From assembly GCA_050173015.1 (NCBI GenBank), contig JBFXLE010000001.1, positions 32,001 through 96,000 of the forward strand: DNA of 64,000 bases, read 5' to 3'. A program made the translations under genes and the position numbers. Shown one piece after another: positions 50,549 to 59,904 of the stretch (position 1 is the first letter of the stretch; each line of letters begins with the position of its first letter). The notes under the pieces were generated by a model that was given only the letters and a program-made list of their open reading frames with translations, ran no database searches and had not been told where the DNA came from. The DNA is from Calditrichaceae bacterium (GTDB lineage Bacteria > Calditrichota > Calditrichia > Calditrichales > JBFXGD01).

Positions 50549-51115
50549 ATGGCTTTATCTTACGGATTTATTGAAACTAGAGGGCTGATCGGCGCCATTG
50601 AAGCGGCGGATGCCATGGTGAAAGCGGCAAAGGTTCATCTTGTGAACACTAAAAAAGTAGGGGCCGCTTTGGTTACGGTTATTGTTGAAGGTGAGCTTGA
50701 CGCCTGTCAGGCTGCCGTTAATGCCGGAAAAGCAGCGGCCGAACGGACCGGACAGCTGGTTTCAGCGCATGTCATTCCAAATCCATTTGAAGATACTGAG
50801 CAGCTGGTTTCAATCGGTCTTGTCCGTAAAAAAGCACGGCAGAAAAATGAAATAGAATCAGAAAATCCCGCGGCGGCAAAAATCAAAACACCGGAAAAAG
50901 CAAAAAAGGCAAAATCGGTAAAGAAATCACCGGAGACGCGGGTTGTTGAAATGCTTAGGGCGAAAGAGAATGGTCTGACACTGGATGAAATTGCGCTAAA
51001 ATTAAAAATGCCCACGAATGAAGTTCGTATTATACTGAAAAAATTGATGGATGAAAGCAGTATTGAAAAGGTCCGGCAGCGTTACTATCCTGCCTCGGGC
51101 GGAGACACTAAATGA
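50549..51115 (+). CDS. eutK: BMC-H shell protein with C-terminal HTH domain (EutK-like)
   Basis: GFIETRGL..AADAMVKAA BMC domain, Lys-rich linker, then NGLTLDEIALKLKMPTNEVRIILKKL HTH; start MALSYG. Confidence 0.85.
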   Translation: MALSYGFIETRGLIGAIEAADAMVKAAKVHLVNTKKVGAALVTVIVEGELDACQAAVNAGKAAAERTGQLVSAHVIPNPFEDTEQLVSIGLVRKKARQKNEIESENPAAAKIKTPEKAKKAKSVKKSPETRVVEMLRAKENGLTLDEIALKLKMPTNEVRIILKKLMDESSIEKVRQRYYPASGGDTK

Positions 51116-51888
51116 AGTTGATTGTAGTGATCAACAATAAGGGGGGCGTCGGTAAAACCACGAGTGTGGTGAATCTTGCCGCATGGTTTGCAAAAATGAA
51201 GCAGAAAACCTTGTTGATTGATCTTGATCCGTCTTCCAGCGCGTCTATTCACCTTGGATTTGATAAAACGGACAAAGCTCATCAGACTTTATGTGATTTT
51301 CTGCTTTCTGAGAACTCCAAACTTAGCGACTATATTTATCCCGCAGAGCAGAAAAATTTATCCTGCCTGCCATCCGAGCCGGCATTAAGTGATTTTTATG
51401 AAGAGATCAAACAGGATAGCGATGTTGAATTTTTCCTCAATCGTAAGGATATTCCAAGTGATTTCGACATTGTTTTATTTGATAGTCCTCCAAATATGGG
51501 TTCACTGGCATTAAACGCGCTTGCCATCGCGGATTACGCGCTTGTTCCCGTTCAGACACAATATCTTGCTCTGTCAGGACTGGAATTGACCGTAAAAATG
51601 ATCGATAAGGCGCAGCGTCGTTTAAATCCGGGGCTGCAGGTTCTCGGTTATTTTGGAACTCATTATGACCGTCGAACGAATGTGGCCAAGGATGTTTTAA
51701 ATTTTATCAGAGAGAAATACGGGAAAAATGTTTTTCGTACGGCCATCGGTGTCAACAGTAAATTAATTGAAGCATATCACGCGCAGAAGCCGATTTTATA
51801 TTACGCGCCTTCGGCCAGAGGATCCAGGGAATATGGCGAGTTGGCAAAAGAAATTTTAAATCGTTTGAATACTAATACCATAAAATAA
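51112..51888 (+). CDS. parA: ParA/Soj-family ATPase
   Basis: Deviant Walker A KGGVGKTT, IDLDP, DSPP and YDRRT motifs; overlaps the eutK stop. Confidence 0.92.
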   Translation: MKLIVVINNKGGVGKTTSVVNLAAWFAKMKQKTLLIDLDPSSSASIHLGFDKTDKAHQTLCDFLLSENSKLSDYIYPAEQKNLSCLPSEPALSDFYEEIKQDSDVEFFLNRKDIPSDFDIVLFDSPPNMGSLALNALAIADYALVPVQTQYLALSGLELTVKMIDKAQRRLNPGLQVLGYFGTHYDRRTNVAKDVLNFIREKYGKNVFRTAIGVNSKLIEAYHAQKPILYYAPSARGSREYGELAKEILNRLNTNTIK

Positions 51889-51902
51889 AGACGGAATGAG
51901 AA

Positions 51903-52205
51903 ATGAAGAAATTAATTTCCGCCGCTGTTGTAAAACAAGCGCATGCCGATAAAAAAATGCAGCTCGATGTTCCCAGATCGACTGCCATCATAACACCGGA
52001 AGCCAGAAGTTTAGCAGAAAAACTCGGCATAAAACTGGTTGAATATGGTGATGCCGCTGCCCGGGGAAAAAGGGCCGTGGCCGGAAATCAGGATGAAAAC
52101 CTGGTGGAATTAATCACACAAAAAGTGATGGCCAGGATCCCGCGCGGCAAACAGGATCCCAGCAGAATCAGGAAGATTGTGAGAGAAGTTTTGGCCGGTC
52201 GGTAA
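51903..52205 (+). CDS. stand-alone EutQ N-terminal-like domain (no cupin)
   Basis: MKKLISA..KQAHA..AIITPEARSLAEKLG closely resembles the enterobacterial EutQ N-terminus as recalled; ends in two amphipathic helices. Confidence 0.75.
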   Translation: MKKLISAAVVKQAHADKKMQLDVPRSTAIITPEARSLAEKLGIKLVEYGDAAARGKRAVAGNQDENLVELITQKVMARIPRGKQDPSRIRKIVREVLAGR

Positions 52206-52278
52206 GTGAAAACGCTGAATCTTTCCCGGCATTCAGATTAAATATTAATTAAAATTTTATACGGAAAAATCAGTATCA

Positions 52279-53310
52279 TTGAATCACTATACCGTATCTT
52301 TAAAAAAAGAGATGAAAAAACGGCCGGCCTTTTTGTCGGCTTGCATGGACCGGTGTCTTAAAAAACGTTCACGAGTTGTGTTTCCGGATGCGCTGGATGA
52401 AAGGGTGCTGAGAGCGTCGAGATTTCTCCATGATGAAAAACTGGCTGTTCCGGTTCTGCTCGGTAACCCGTTTGAGATACGCGATTTTGCGGAAAACGCA
52501 AAAATCAGAACGAACGGATTAAAAATTCTGAAACCGCTTCATTCATCCGAATATGACAGATATGTGAAGTTGTATTATAAACTGCGCAGGCATAAGGGAC
52601 TCACAATAACGGATGCGGCGCAATATCTGCTTGATCCTCTTCAGTTCGGCGCGATGATGTTGAGAGAAGGACAGGCCGATGTGTGTTTGGCAGGGAACAG
52701 CTCATCCACAGCGGATGTGCTGCGGACCGGATACAGAATTATCGGAACAGGAGGAAAACAAAATCCTGTTTCCAGTTTTTTCTTAATGATTTCACCGGAT
52801 TTGAATCGTATATTTGCTTTCGCCGACTGTAGCGTCAATCCGGATCCGACGGCCGAAGAACTGGCGGAAACGGCTATCCAAACAGCATCTTCTTTTGAAC
52901 TTGTAACGGGGATGGAAGCGCGGGTGGCGATGTTGTCCTTTTCTACGAAAGGAAGCGCGGATCACCAGAAAACGGAAAAAGTTAAAAGGGCGGCAGAAAT
53001 AGCTCTGAAGCGCGATCCTTCATTGCGACTGGACGGAGAATTGCAGTTTGACGCGGCGATCGTAGATAAGATCGCGGAAAAAAAAGCACCGGGAAGCGTC
53101 TTGCGGGGAAAGGCGAATGTTTTTATCTTTCCCACATTAAACGCGGCAAACATTGGTTATAAAATAGCGGAACATCTTGGGATGTATCAGACGTTGGGAT
53201 CTTTTGTACAAGGATTTACAAAATCCCTGCACGATTTATCCAGGGGGTGCACTACCGAGTCGATCATAAACACCGCGGTAGTCGCGTCATGCATGCATAG
53301 AGAAAATTAA
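52279..53310 (+). CDS. eutD: phosphate acetyltransferase (Pta/EutD)
   Basis: VVFPDALDERV, FADCSVNP, SFSTKGS, DGELQFDAA and DLSRGC motifs. Confidence 0.92.
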   Translation: MNHYTVSLKKEMKKRPAFLSACMDRCLKKRSRVVFPDALDERVLRASRFLHDEKLAVPVLLGNPFEIRDFAENAKIRTNGLKILKPLHSSEYDRYVKLYYKLRRHKGLTITDAAQYLLDPLQFGAMMLREGQADVCLAGNSSSTADVLRTGYRIIGTGGKQNPVSSFFLMISPDLNRIFAFADCSVNPDPTAEELAETAIQTASSFELVTGMEARVAMLSFSTKGSADHQKTEKVKRAAEIALKRDPSLRLDGELQFDAAIVDKIAEKKAPGSVLRGKANVFIFPTLNAANIGYKIAEHLGMYQTLGSFVQGFTKSLHDLSRGCTTESIINTAVVASCMHREN

Positions 53311-53339
53311 AGGTTATGCTTTAAATATAGGAGAAATAA

Positions 53340-53627
53340 ATGGAAGCATTAGGAATGGTTGAAACTAAAGGGCTCGTTGGATTGATAGAAGCTTCGGATG
53401 CGATGGTAAAAGCGGCGAAGGTCAAACTTGTGGCCCACGTGCAAATTGGCGCCGGTTATGTAACGGCATTAGTTCGCGGAGATGTGGCTGCGTGCAAGGC
53501 GGCAACAGACGCGGGAGCTGCAGCAGCGGAACGTGTTGGCGAGCTTGTCGCCGTGCATGTTATTCCCCGTCCCCATGATGATCTTGAAGATATATTCCCG
53601 ATAAAGTTCACGGGAAAAATTAAATAA
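53340..53627 (+). CDS. eutM: BMC-H shell protein, EutM-like
   Basis: [40 protein letters not shown]. Confidence 0.93.
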   Translation: MEALGMVETKGLVGLIEASDAMVKAAKVKLVAHVQIGAGYVTALVRGDVAACKAATDAGAAAAERVGELVAVHVIPRPHDDLEDIFPIKFTGKIK

Positions 53628-53715
53628 TGATATTTGATTGCAAGTATCATTTTTTGCTTAGTGTTGGATTGTCAAATAATATTGAATACGGAAATCCAGA
53701 ATAATTATTAAGGAG

Positions 53716-54009
53716 ATGTCGATGGAAGCATTAGGTATGATTGAAACCAAAGGTTTGATTGGCTTGATAGAGGCTTCGGACGCCATGGTTAAAGCCGCGC
53801 GCGTCAAATTAGTCGCATATCAACAGATCGGCGGCGGGTATGTTACCGCATTGGTACGTGGAGATGTTGCCGCGTGTAAAGCCGCGACAGATGCCGGCGC
53901 CGCAGCTGCCGAAAGAGTAGGTGAACTGATCGCGGTACATGTTATTCCCCGCCCTCATGGTGATCTGGAAGATGTGTTTCCGATAAAAATGAAAGGCGAA
54001 ATTAAATAA
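53716..54009 (+). CDS. eutM: BMC-H shell protein, EutM-like (second copy)
   Basis: 83/95 residues identical to the upstream copy. Confidence 0.93.
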   Translation: MSMEALGMIETKGLIGLIEASDAMVKAARVKLVAYQQIGGGYVTALVRGDVAACKAATDAGAAAAERVGELIAVHVIPRPHGDLEDVFPIKMKGEIK

Positions 54010-54098
54010 TCAGTTTGTCTGATTTATTTACTTGCCGCCGTAGGAACCGGAAATATTCAAACAGGGAAGTACCGTTCATAGTTACAAAGGATTAATAT

Positions 54099-55502
54099 AT
54101 GAGTTTATCATCGCAGGAAATTGCCCGGATTGTGGATACAGTCGTTCAGCGGCTGGATGGGAAAGTGGCATCATCAGGAAAGCTTTCCGCGGGCATATTT
54201 GAGAATCTGGATGATGCGGTCGCTGCCGCCGCGCGCGCTCAAAAACAGATCAAAAATCTGGATTTGCGGGCTAAAATCATTCAGGCGATGCGCGCCGCAG
54301 GTGAAAAATACGCCCGTGAACTGGCTGAACTTGCCGTTCAGGAAACGGGAATGGGCCGTGTGGAAGATAAAATTCTGAAAAATATCTCACAGTCTCAGAA
54401 AACTCCGGGAATTGAAGATCTTCAGCCACAGGCTCTTTCAGGAGATCATGGACTGACGCTGACCGAGAATGCGGCATGGGGGGTGATTGCCTCTGTGACG
54501 CCGTCAACCAATCCGGCGGCAACGGTCATTAACAATTCTATCAGTATGGTTTCCGCGGGAAACGCCGTTGTTTTTGCTCCTCATCCCGGGGCAAAGCGTG
54601 TCTCACAGCGAGCCATCACTATTTTAAATGAAGCCATTGTGTCAGCCGGCGGTCCGCCCAATCTTCTTACCACAGTCGCGGAACCGTCGATCGAATCGGC
54701 ACAGCAGCTTTTCATCTATCCGGGGATAGATTTGCTTGTTGTTACAGGCGGAGAAGGTGTTGTTGAAGCAGCCAGAAAAATGACCAACAAACGTCTGATG
54801 GCTGCCGGCGCCGGTAATCCCCCCGTAGTTGTTGATGAAACCGCGGATATTTCCAAAGCCGCAAAAGCAATTGCTTTCGGCGCTTCATTGGATAACAATA
54901 TTCTCTGCACTGATGAGAAAGAAATAATCGCGGTGGATAGTATCACAGATCAGCTCAAACAAGAATTAAAAAAACACAAGGCGGTTGAATTAACGCCGGC
55001 TCAGGCTGAAGAGCTGGCTAAAGTGATTTTAAATGGCTATCCGGGTGAAAATCCTGTAATTAACCGCAAGTTTGTCGGGCGGAACGCCTCTATTATTGCC
55101 AAAGAGATTGGATTAAACGTTCCGGATGATACCCGACTTTTGTTTACGGAGACAGCAAAAAATCACCCGTTTGCAGTCGTCGAACTAATGATGCCGGTCA
55201 TACCGCTGATTCGGGCTACGGACGCCGATACCGCCATAGATACGGCTAAAGAACTGGAGCGTGGATTACGGCATACCGCGGCAATGCATTCAAGAAATAT
55301 CGACAACATGCACCGTATGGCGAATGAAATTAACACAAGTATATTCGTCAAAAACGGACCCTGCGCCGCCGGTTTAGGATTCGGCGGGGAGGGCTGGACC
55401 TCGATGACAATCACCACACCTACCGGTGAAGGCGTGACATCGGCAAAAACCTTTGTCAGACTGCGCCGCTGCGTTGTAGTCGATCATTTCCGCATTGTAT
55501 AA
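54099..55502 (+). CDS. eutE: CoA-acylating aldehyde dehydrogenase with N-terminal encapsulation peptide
   Basis: SQEIARIVDTVVQRL amphipathic N-terminus, TPSTNP, VTGG, GAGNPP, catalytic Cys in NNILCTDEKE, and TPTGEG. Confidence 0.93.
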   Translation: MSLSSQEIARIVDTVVQRLDGKVASSGKLSAGIFENLDDAVAAAARAQKQIKNLDLRAKIIQAMRAAGEKYARELAELAVQETGMGRVEDKILKNISQSQKTPGIEDLQPQALSGDHGLTLTENAAWGVIASVTPSTNPAATVINNSISMVSAGNAVVFAPHPGAKRVSQRAITILNEAIVSAGGPPNLLTTVAEPSIESAQQLFIYPGIDLLVVTGGEGVVEAARKMTNKRLMAAGAGNPPVVVDETADISKAAKAIAFGASLDNNILCTDEKEIIAVDSITDQLKQELKKHKAVELTPAQAEELAKVILNGYPGENPVINRKFVGRNASIIAKEIGLNVPDDTRLLFTETAKNHPFAVVELMMPVIPLIRATDADTAIDTAKELERGLRHTAAMHSRNIDNMHRMANEINTSIFVKNGPCAAGLGFGGEGWTSMTITTPTGEGVTSAKTFVRLRRCVVVDHFRIV

Positions 55503-55613
55503 TATTTAATAATATGCGCAAAAACATAAACCGGACGAGACTATATTTGCTGATCAAAAGTCATCGCGTCAATGATTTGCGGGGTCTGTCCGGGATAACC
55601 GGGTACAATAAAA

Positions 55614-56447
55614 ATGGATCAGTTAAAACTGGTAAATGACAGACTAAAAAAAATAGAAGAAATCGTTAACGATTCTTCACCGGGGAACGCTCCTGAAAAA
55701 TGGCATGTGGGAGTTGATCTCGGAACGGCCGATATTGTTGTCATCGTCACGGATGAAAACGGCGAGCCGCACTCCGCGTTTATGGAGTGGGCGGAAGTGG
55801 TACGTGACGGCATTGTCCTTGATTACTGGAAAGCAACGCAAATTGTAAAAGAGCTCTTAGAAAAAACTGAGCGTAAGTTAAATATTGAAATAAAAAGCGC
55901 GATCACTTCCTATCCTCCCGGAACCGATCCGCGGACTTCAAAAAATGTAATCGAAGCCGCCGGATTGATAGTGGAAGGTATTATAGATGAGCCCTCCAGT
56001 GTGGCCCATTTGCTCAATATGGAATCAGGAGCAGTTGTGGATGTGGGCGGAGGCACAACCGGAATTGCCATCGTCAGGGATAAAAAAATAATATATTCCG
56101 CTGATGAACCCACCGGCGGAAGACACGCCACATTGACCATAGCCGGGAATCAGGGGATCAGTTTTGAAAAAGCGGAAGAAATGAAAAGAAACGGACAAGC
56201 AGCCAGTTTGAAACCGATTGTTGAACCGGTGTTCCAAAAAATGGCGGATATTGTGCGAAAACATCTTGAAAATTATGATACAAAAGATATCTATCTGTCC
56301 GGAGGCACTTTTTGCTTTCCGGGAATCGATAAGGTCTTTATAGATGAATTAACAGGGAAAAATATTATCCTTCCTTATAATCCCTTATATCTGACCCCAT
56401 TGGCGATTGCTTCATACAGAGTGAGCGGAAAGGAAACCAATGGATAA
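55614..56447 (+). CDS. eutJ: EutJ (actin/Hsp70-like ATPase)
   Basis: GVDLGTA, VVRDGIVLD, DVGGGTTG and DEPTGG motifs. Confidence 0.93.
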   Translation: MDQLKLVNDRLKKIEEIVNDSSPGNAPEKWHVGVDLGTADIVVIVTDENGEPHSAFMEWAEVVRDGIVLDYWKATQIVKELLEKTERKLNIEIKSAITSYPPGTDPRTSKNVIEAAGLIVEGIIDEPSSVAHLLNMESGAVVDVGGGTTGIAIVRDKKIIYSADEPTGGRHATLTIAGNQGISFEKAEEMKRNGQAASLKPIVEPVFQKMADIVRKHLENYDTKDIYLSGGTFCFPGIDKVFIDELTGKNIILPYNPLYLTPLAIASYRVSGKETNG

Positions 56448-57798
56448 GCAGTCGATGCTGAAGAGTATTCGTGACGCCGGGGTGATCGGCGCGGGTGGCG
56501 CCGGATTTCCGACTTATAAAAAACTGGACGCGAAGGTTGATCATATCATCGCCAATGGCGCTGAGTGCGAACCTCTGTTATATAAAGACAGAGAAGTGAT
56601 GCTCCAAAGACAGGATGAGTTTTTTCGCGGTCTTTCAATCATGAAAAAGTTGACAGACGCCAACGAAGTGACAATCGCTCTCAAAGAAAAAAACAAAGAT
56701 GTCGCCGATCAGTTAAAAGATCAGGCTGAATCGCTTGGGTTTAAATTTTTTGTATACAAAGATGTTTATCCGGCAGGGGATGAATACGTTCTGGTCTATG
56801 AGATCGCCGGCCGAAGAATACCACCGGGCGGCATACCTCTGCAGGTTGGGTGTGTGGTTGATAATGTTGAAACTATTATAAATATCGCAAGAGCCGTTGA
56901 TGGTTACCCTGTTACCGATAAATTTATCACTGTGACTGGCGAGGTGAAAACTCCTATAACCACGGTTGTGCCGATTGGTACCACATTTCTTGAGTGTCTT
57001 GAAGCCGCGGGAGGATTAACCACGGATAAGCCGGTTGTTTTAACCGGCGGGGTAATGATGGGTGGAGTCGAAACGGATCTAAGTACACCCGTTTCGAAAA
57101 TCAACGGCGGATTGATTGTTCTTCCGGAAGATCATTACCTGGTTAGAAGAAAAACGGCCCCTCGCGAGATTTATACAAGGATAGGGCACGGGCAGTGCGA
57201 TCAGTGTTCGATGTGTACCGAGCTTTGTCCCCGTTATATAATGGGATATCCCATTGAACCGCATAAAGTGATGCGGACTTTACAAATGACGGGTGAAAAT
57301 AAGGCGCGGGTAAGTTTATGGGCGCAGTATTGTTGTGAATGCAATATATGCACGATGATTGCTTGTCCGGAGAGCCTGGATCCAAAAAGTATCTGTGTGG
57401 ATGCAAAACAGCTTCTGAAAGAAAATCAGCTGACGAGGACACCGGAGGAACTGGATGTCCTTTTCAGAGACGTCCATCCATCAAGAAAAGCCAGGGAAAT
57501 TCCGATTACTTCGGTTTACCAGAGACTCGGACTAAAAAAATATGACCGGCATGCCGATTTTTTTGATAATAATATTAAACCAAAAACGGTGGTGATTCCT
57601 CTGGATTCACATATCGGGGCTCCGTCTGTTCCTATTGTAAGAGTTGGCGATAATGTTCGAAAGGGTGATCCTCTGAGCAGTGTCTCTGACGACAAACTGG
57701 GTTGTCCTTCACACTCGAGTATTGACGGAAAAGTCACCATGATCGATGCGGCGGGTGTGCATATCGCTTCGGGTGGCCAGGAATTAAACAGGATTTGA
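56440..57798 (+). CDS. pduS: PduS-like (RnfC-related) flavin/Fe-S oxidoreductase
   Basis: GAGGAGFPT, NGAECEP, YPAGDE, CDQCSMCTELCP, CCECNIC and HIGAP motifs. Confidence 0.9.
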   Translation: MDKQSMLKSIRDAGVIGAGGAGFPTYKKLDAKVDHIIANGAECEPLLYKDREVMLQRQDEFFRGLSIMKKLTDANEVTIALKEKNKDVADQLKDQAESLGFKFFVYKDVYPAGDEYVLVYEIAGRRIPPGGIPLQVGCVVDNVETIINIARAVDGYPVTDKFITVTGEVKTPITTVVPIGTTFLECLEAAGGLTTDKPVVLTGGVMMGGVETDLSTPVSKINGGLIVLPEDHYLVRRKTAPREIYTRIGHGQCDQCSMCTELCPRYIMGYPIEPHKVMRTLQMTGENKARVSLWAQYCCECNICTMIACPESLDPKSICVDAKQLLKENQLTRTPEELDVLFRDVHPSRKAREIPITSVYQRLGLKKYDRHADFFDNNIKPKTVVIPLDSHIGAPSVPIVRVGDNVRKGDPLSSVSDDKLGCPSHSSIDGKVTMIDAAGVHIASGGQELNRI

Positions 57799-57862
57799 AG
57801 TAAGAAATTAAAACAGAATGGTCAGTTATTGACCGGATTCAATATAACGAGGAATAATCAAA

Positions 57863-58411
57863 ATGGGTTCAGCAATCGGGATCGTTGAAACATCAAGCAT
57901 CGCAAAAGGGTTCGAAGTTGCAGATGCCGTTCTCAAACGAGCCAATGTGGAGATCGTTGTTAATCGCACGATCTGTCCGGGAAAATATATGGTGCTTATC
58001 GGTGGGGATGTGGATGCTGTCAATGCGAGTATTGAAGCAGGAATTGATGTGGGCGCCCACACGGTTGTCGATCATTTTGTAATTCCCAATGTTCACCCAT
58101 CCGTTTTTCCGGCGATCAGCGGGGTCACACATCTGCCTGAGCTGCAGGCGCTCGGTGTGATCGAAGGATTTAGTGTCGCTTCCGTTATAGAAGCCGCGGA
58201 CGCGGCGGTTAAGTCCGCTCCCGTGGATCTGATCACCATCCATCTGGCGATGGCCATAGGGGGCAAGGGATTTGTCTCATTCACAGGGGAAGTCGCGGCT
58301 GTTCAGGCAGCAGTTGATGCCGGGTCCGAAGTGATTGAGCGGAAAGGTTTGCTGGTCGAGAAGATTGTTATTCCGTCTCCACGACCGGAAATTGTTTCCG
58401 AATTTATTTAA
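57863..58411 (+). CDS. pduT: BMC-T tandem shell protein, PduT-like
   Basis: Two BMC domains, ICPGKY (Fe-S ligand Cys) and AIGGKG. Confidence 0.9.
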   Translation: MGSAIGIVETSSIAKGFEVADAVLKRANVEIVVNRTICPGKYMVLIGGDVDAVNASIEAGIDVGAHTVVDHFVIPNVHPSVFPAISGVTHLPELQALGVIEGFSVASVIEAADAAVKSAPVDLITIHLAMAIGGKGFVSFTGEVAAVQAAVDAGSEVIERKGLLVEKIVIPSPRPEIVSEFI

Positions 58412-58428
58412 TGAATTTTCCCATCGTG

Positions 58429-58791
58429 TCATTCTTCTCTGTGTAAAAGTTCCGGTGAAAAAGCCGGCAGGCATATGGAAATGTATTCGGCCGGTTCATC
58501 AAAGGGGTTGGAATAGCGTACACGGGCGCCTTTTCTGATATAGACCGATTCTCCGGGTTTTAACTCAATTGCTTCTCCATCAATTTCGATCATTTTTGAG
58601 CCGGAAATAATCAATGTTATCTCATCAAATTCTGGCTTTTGATACGGTTCTTTCCACCCCGGCGGAGCGATCATACGCGCTAGGCTGTATCCTTTTTCGC
58701 CCGTGCTGGCGCGGCCAAAATGTTCATCAATGATCTTATTGTCCTCTGTGGGGACTCTAAAAGGATTAGATTGTTTAAAAAATTTTTTCAT
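58429..58791 (-). CDS. cupin-domain protein
   Basis: EPYQKPEFDE and LKPGESVYI..RVRYSNP cupin pattern. Confidence 0.85.
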   Translation of the reverse strand: MKKFFKQSNPFRVPTEDNKIIDEHFGRASTGEKGYSLARMIAPPGWKEPYQKPEFDEITLIISGSKMIEIDGEAIELKPGESVYIRKGARVRYSNPFDEPAEYISICLPAFSPELLHREE

Positions 58792-58932
58792 CCTGTTTTC
58801 CAGCCTTATTTGGTAGTAACATTCATGTATGGATCATACATTCAGAAATTATTTTTGTCAAATTTCTTTTTTCATGTAAATCCAAATCGCCTTATATTAT
58901 TTCTTTATCAGAGCAAAGGGAATTGATCCAAG

Positions 58933-59856
58933 ATGCAAACGAGTTTATTCGATGATCAGAATGTTTTAAAGATTACCTATCAAAATTGTTTGAAAGAGTT
59001 TAAGATGCGGGAGGCCCTGGATACTCTTGAAAAATGGCATGTAACATCCGCGGGATGTTCAAAAATTGAGGGGAAAATTCACGCATTAAGCGGGTTGTTA
59101 AAGTTAAGTGAGCAATACCGGCGTCATTCATTGATTTTTCTGGCAAATATAAAAGTGAATCTGAATGAACAGAACTTCCTCATGCCTCTTTTTGAAGACA
59201 AACCACTGCTGGAGCGTGGAATCTCTAAAGGCATTTATTCACGTCTCCAAAATGATGCGTATGATTTTATTGTACCGGGACTTCATCCGGCGGAAATATT
59301 TATTGAGTTTAACGCGTATGAAAATGCTTTAAATAGCGCAAAGCGGTATCTGGCAAAAATGGGTGAACATCCGTTTATCCGGCAACTTGAGGGTTATGCC
59401 TATTTTAAAATGGGTGATGAGAAATCGGCGCGGATATGTTTTACCTACGCTCTTTTTAATGATCCGCTCATGTGTACCGGTAATTATATGTATCCCGGTG
59501 ATTACAAGAATAAAATCGATTACCTGACTCAAACGATGAAAAGAAAAGAGCTGGCATGGATTAGGTTGCCTTTTGATTTATGGTTGGAAGGCAAAACATA
59601 TATTGTTTCTGACGCGTATCACTATGAAGCGTATCTGAAGGAGAAATTACGGGCAGAACGTTCTTCGGCATTACTTGAACCCATGAGTAATGTGCGATAT
59701 TTTTGCCGGTTGTTATATCTTGCGGAGGCGGTACGTCTGAGGGCAGGCCGAAAAAACGAAACCGATGAGCTAACCGATATTCGCAAGGAAATGCAAAGAA
59801 TAAACCCGGATCTTTTTACCCGATATATGGGAGTTTTAAATTCGTTTGGCAATTAG
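58933..59856 (+). CDS. hypothetical helical (TPR-like) protein
   Basis: 307-aa helical ORF; GYAYFKMGDEKSARICF TPR-like segment. Confidence 0.65.
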   Translation: MQTSLFDDQNVLKITYQNCLKEFKMREALDTLEKWHVTSAGCSKIEGKIHALSGLLKLSEQYRRHSLIFLANIKVNLNEQNFLMPLFEDKPLLERGISKGIYSRLQNDAYDFIVPGLHPAEIFIEFNAYENALNSAKRYLAKMGEHPFIRQLEGYAYFKMGDEKSARICFTYALFNDPLMCTGNYMYPGDYKNKIDYLTQTMKRKELAWIRLPFDLWLEGKTYIVSDAYHYEAYLKEKLRAERSSALLEPMSNVRYFCRLLYLAEAVRLRAGRKNETDELTDIRKEMQRINPDLFTRYMGVLNSFGN

Positions 59857-59904
59857 ATGTGTCATTCCGGTTTTTAAAGACAATAAATTAACAGGGGAGA
59901 AAGT

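Noticed and set aside
58429-58791. Cupin as the split-off C-terminal half of EutQ
   Set aside because: It is on the opposite strand outside the operon, and its motifs fit a generic stand-alone cupin; the link cannot be supported.
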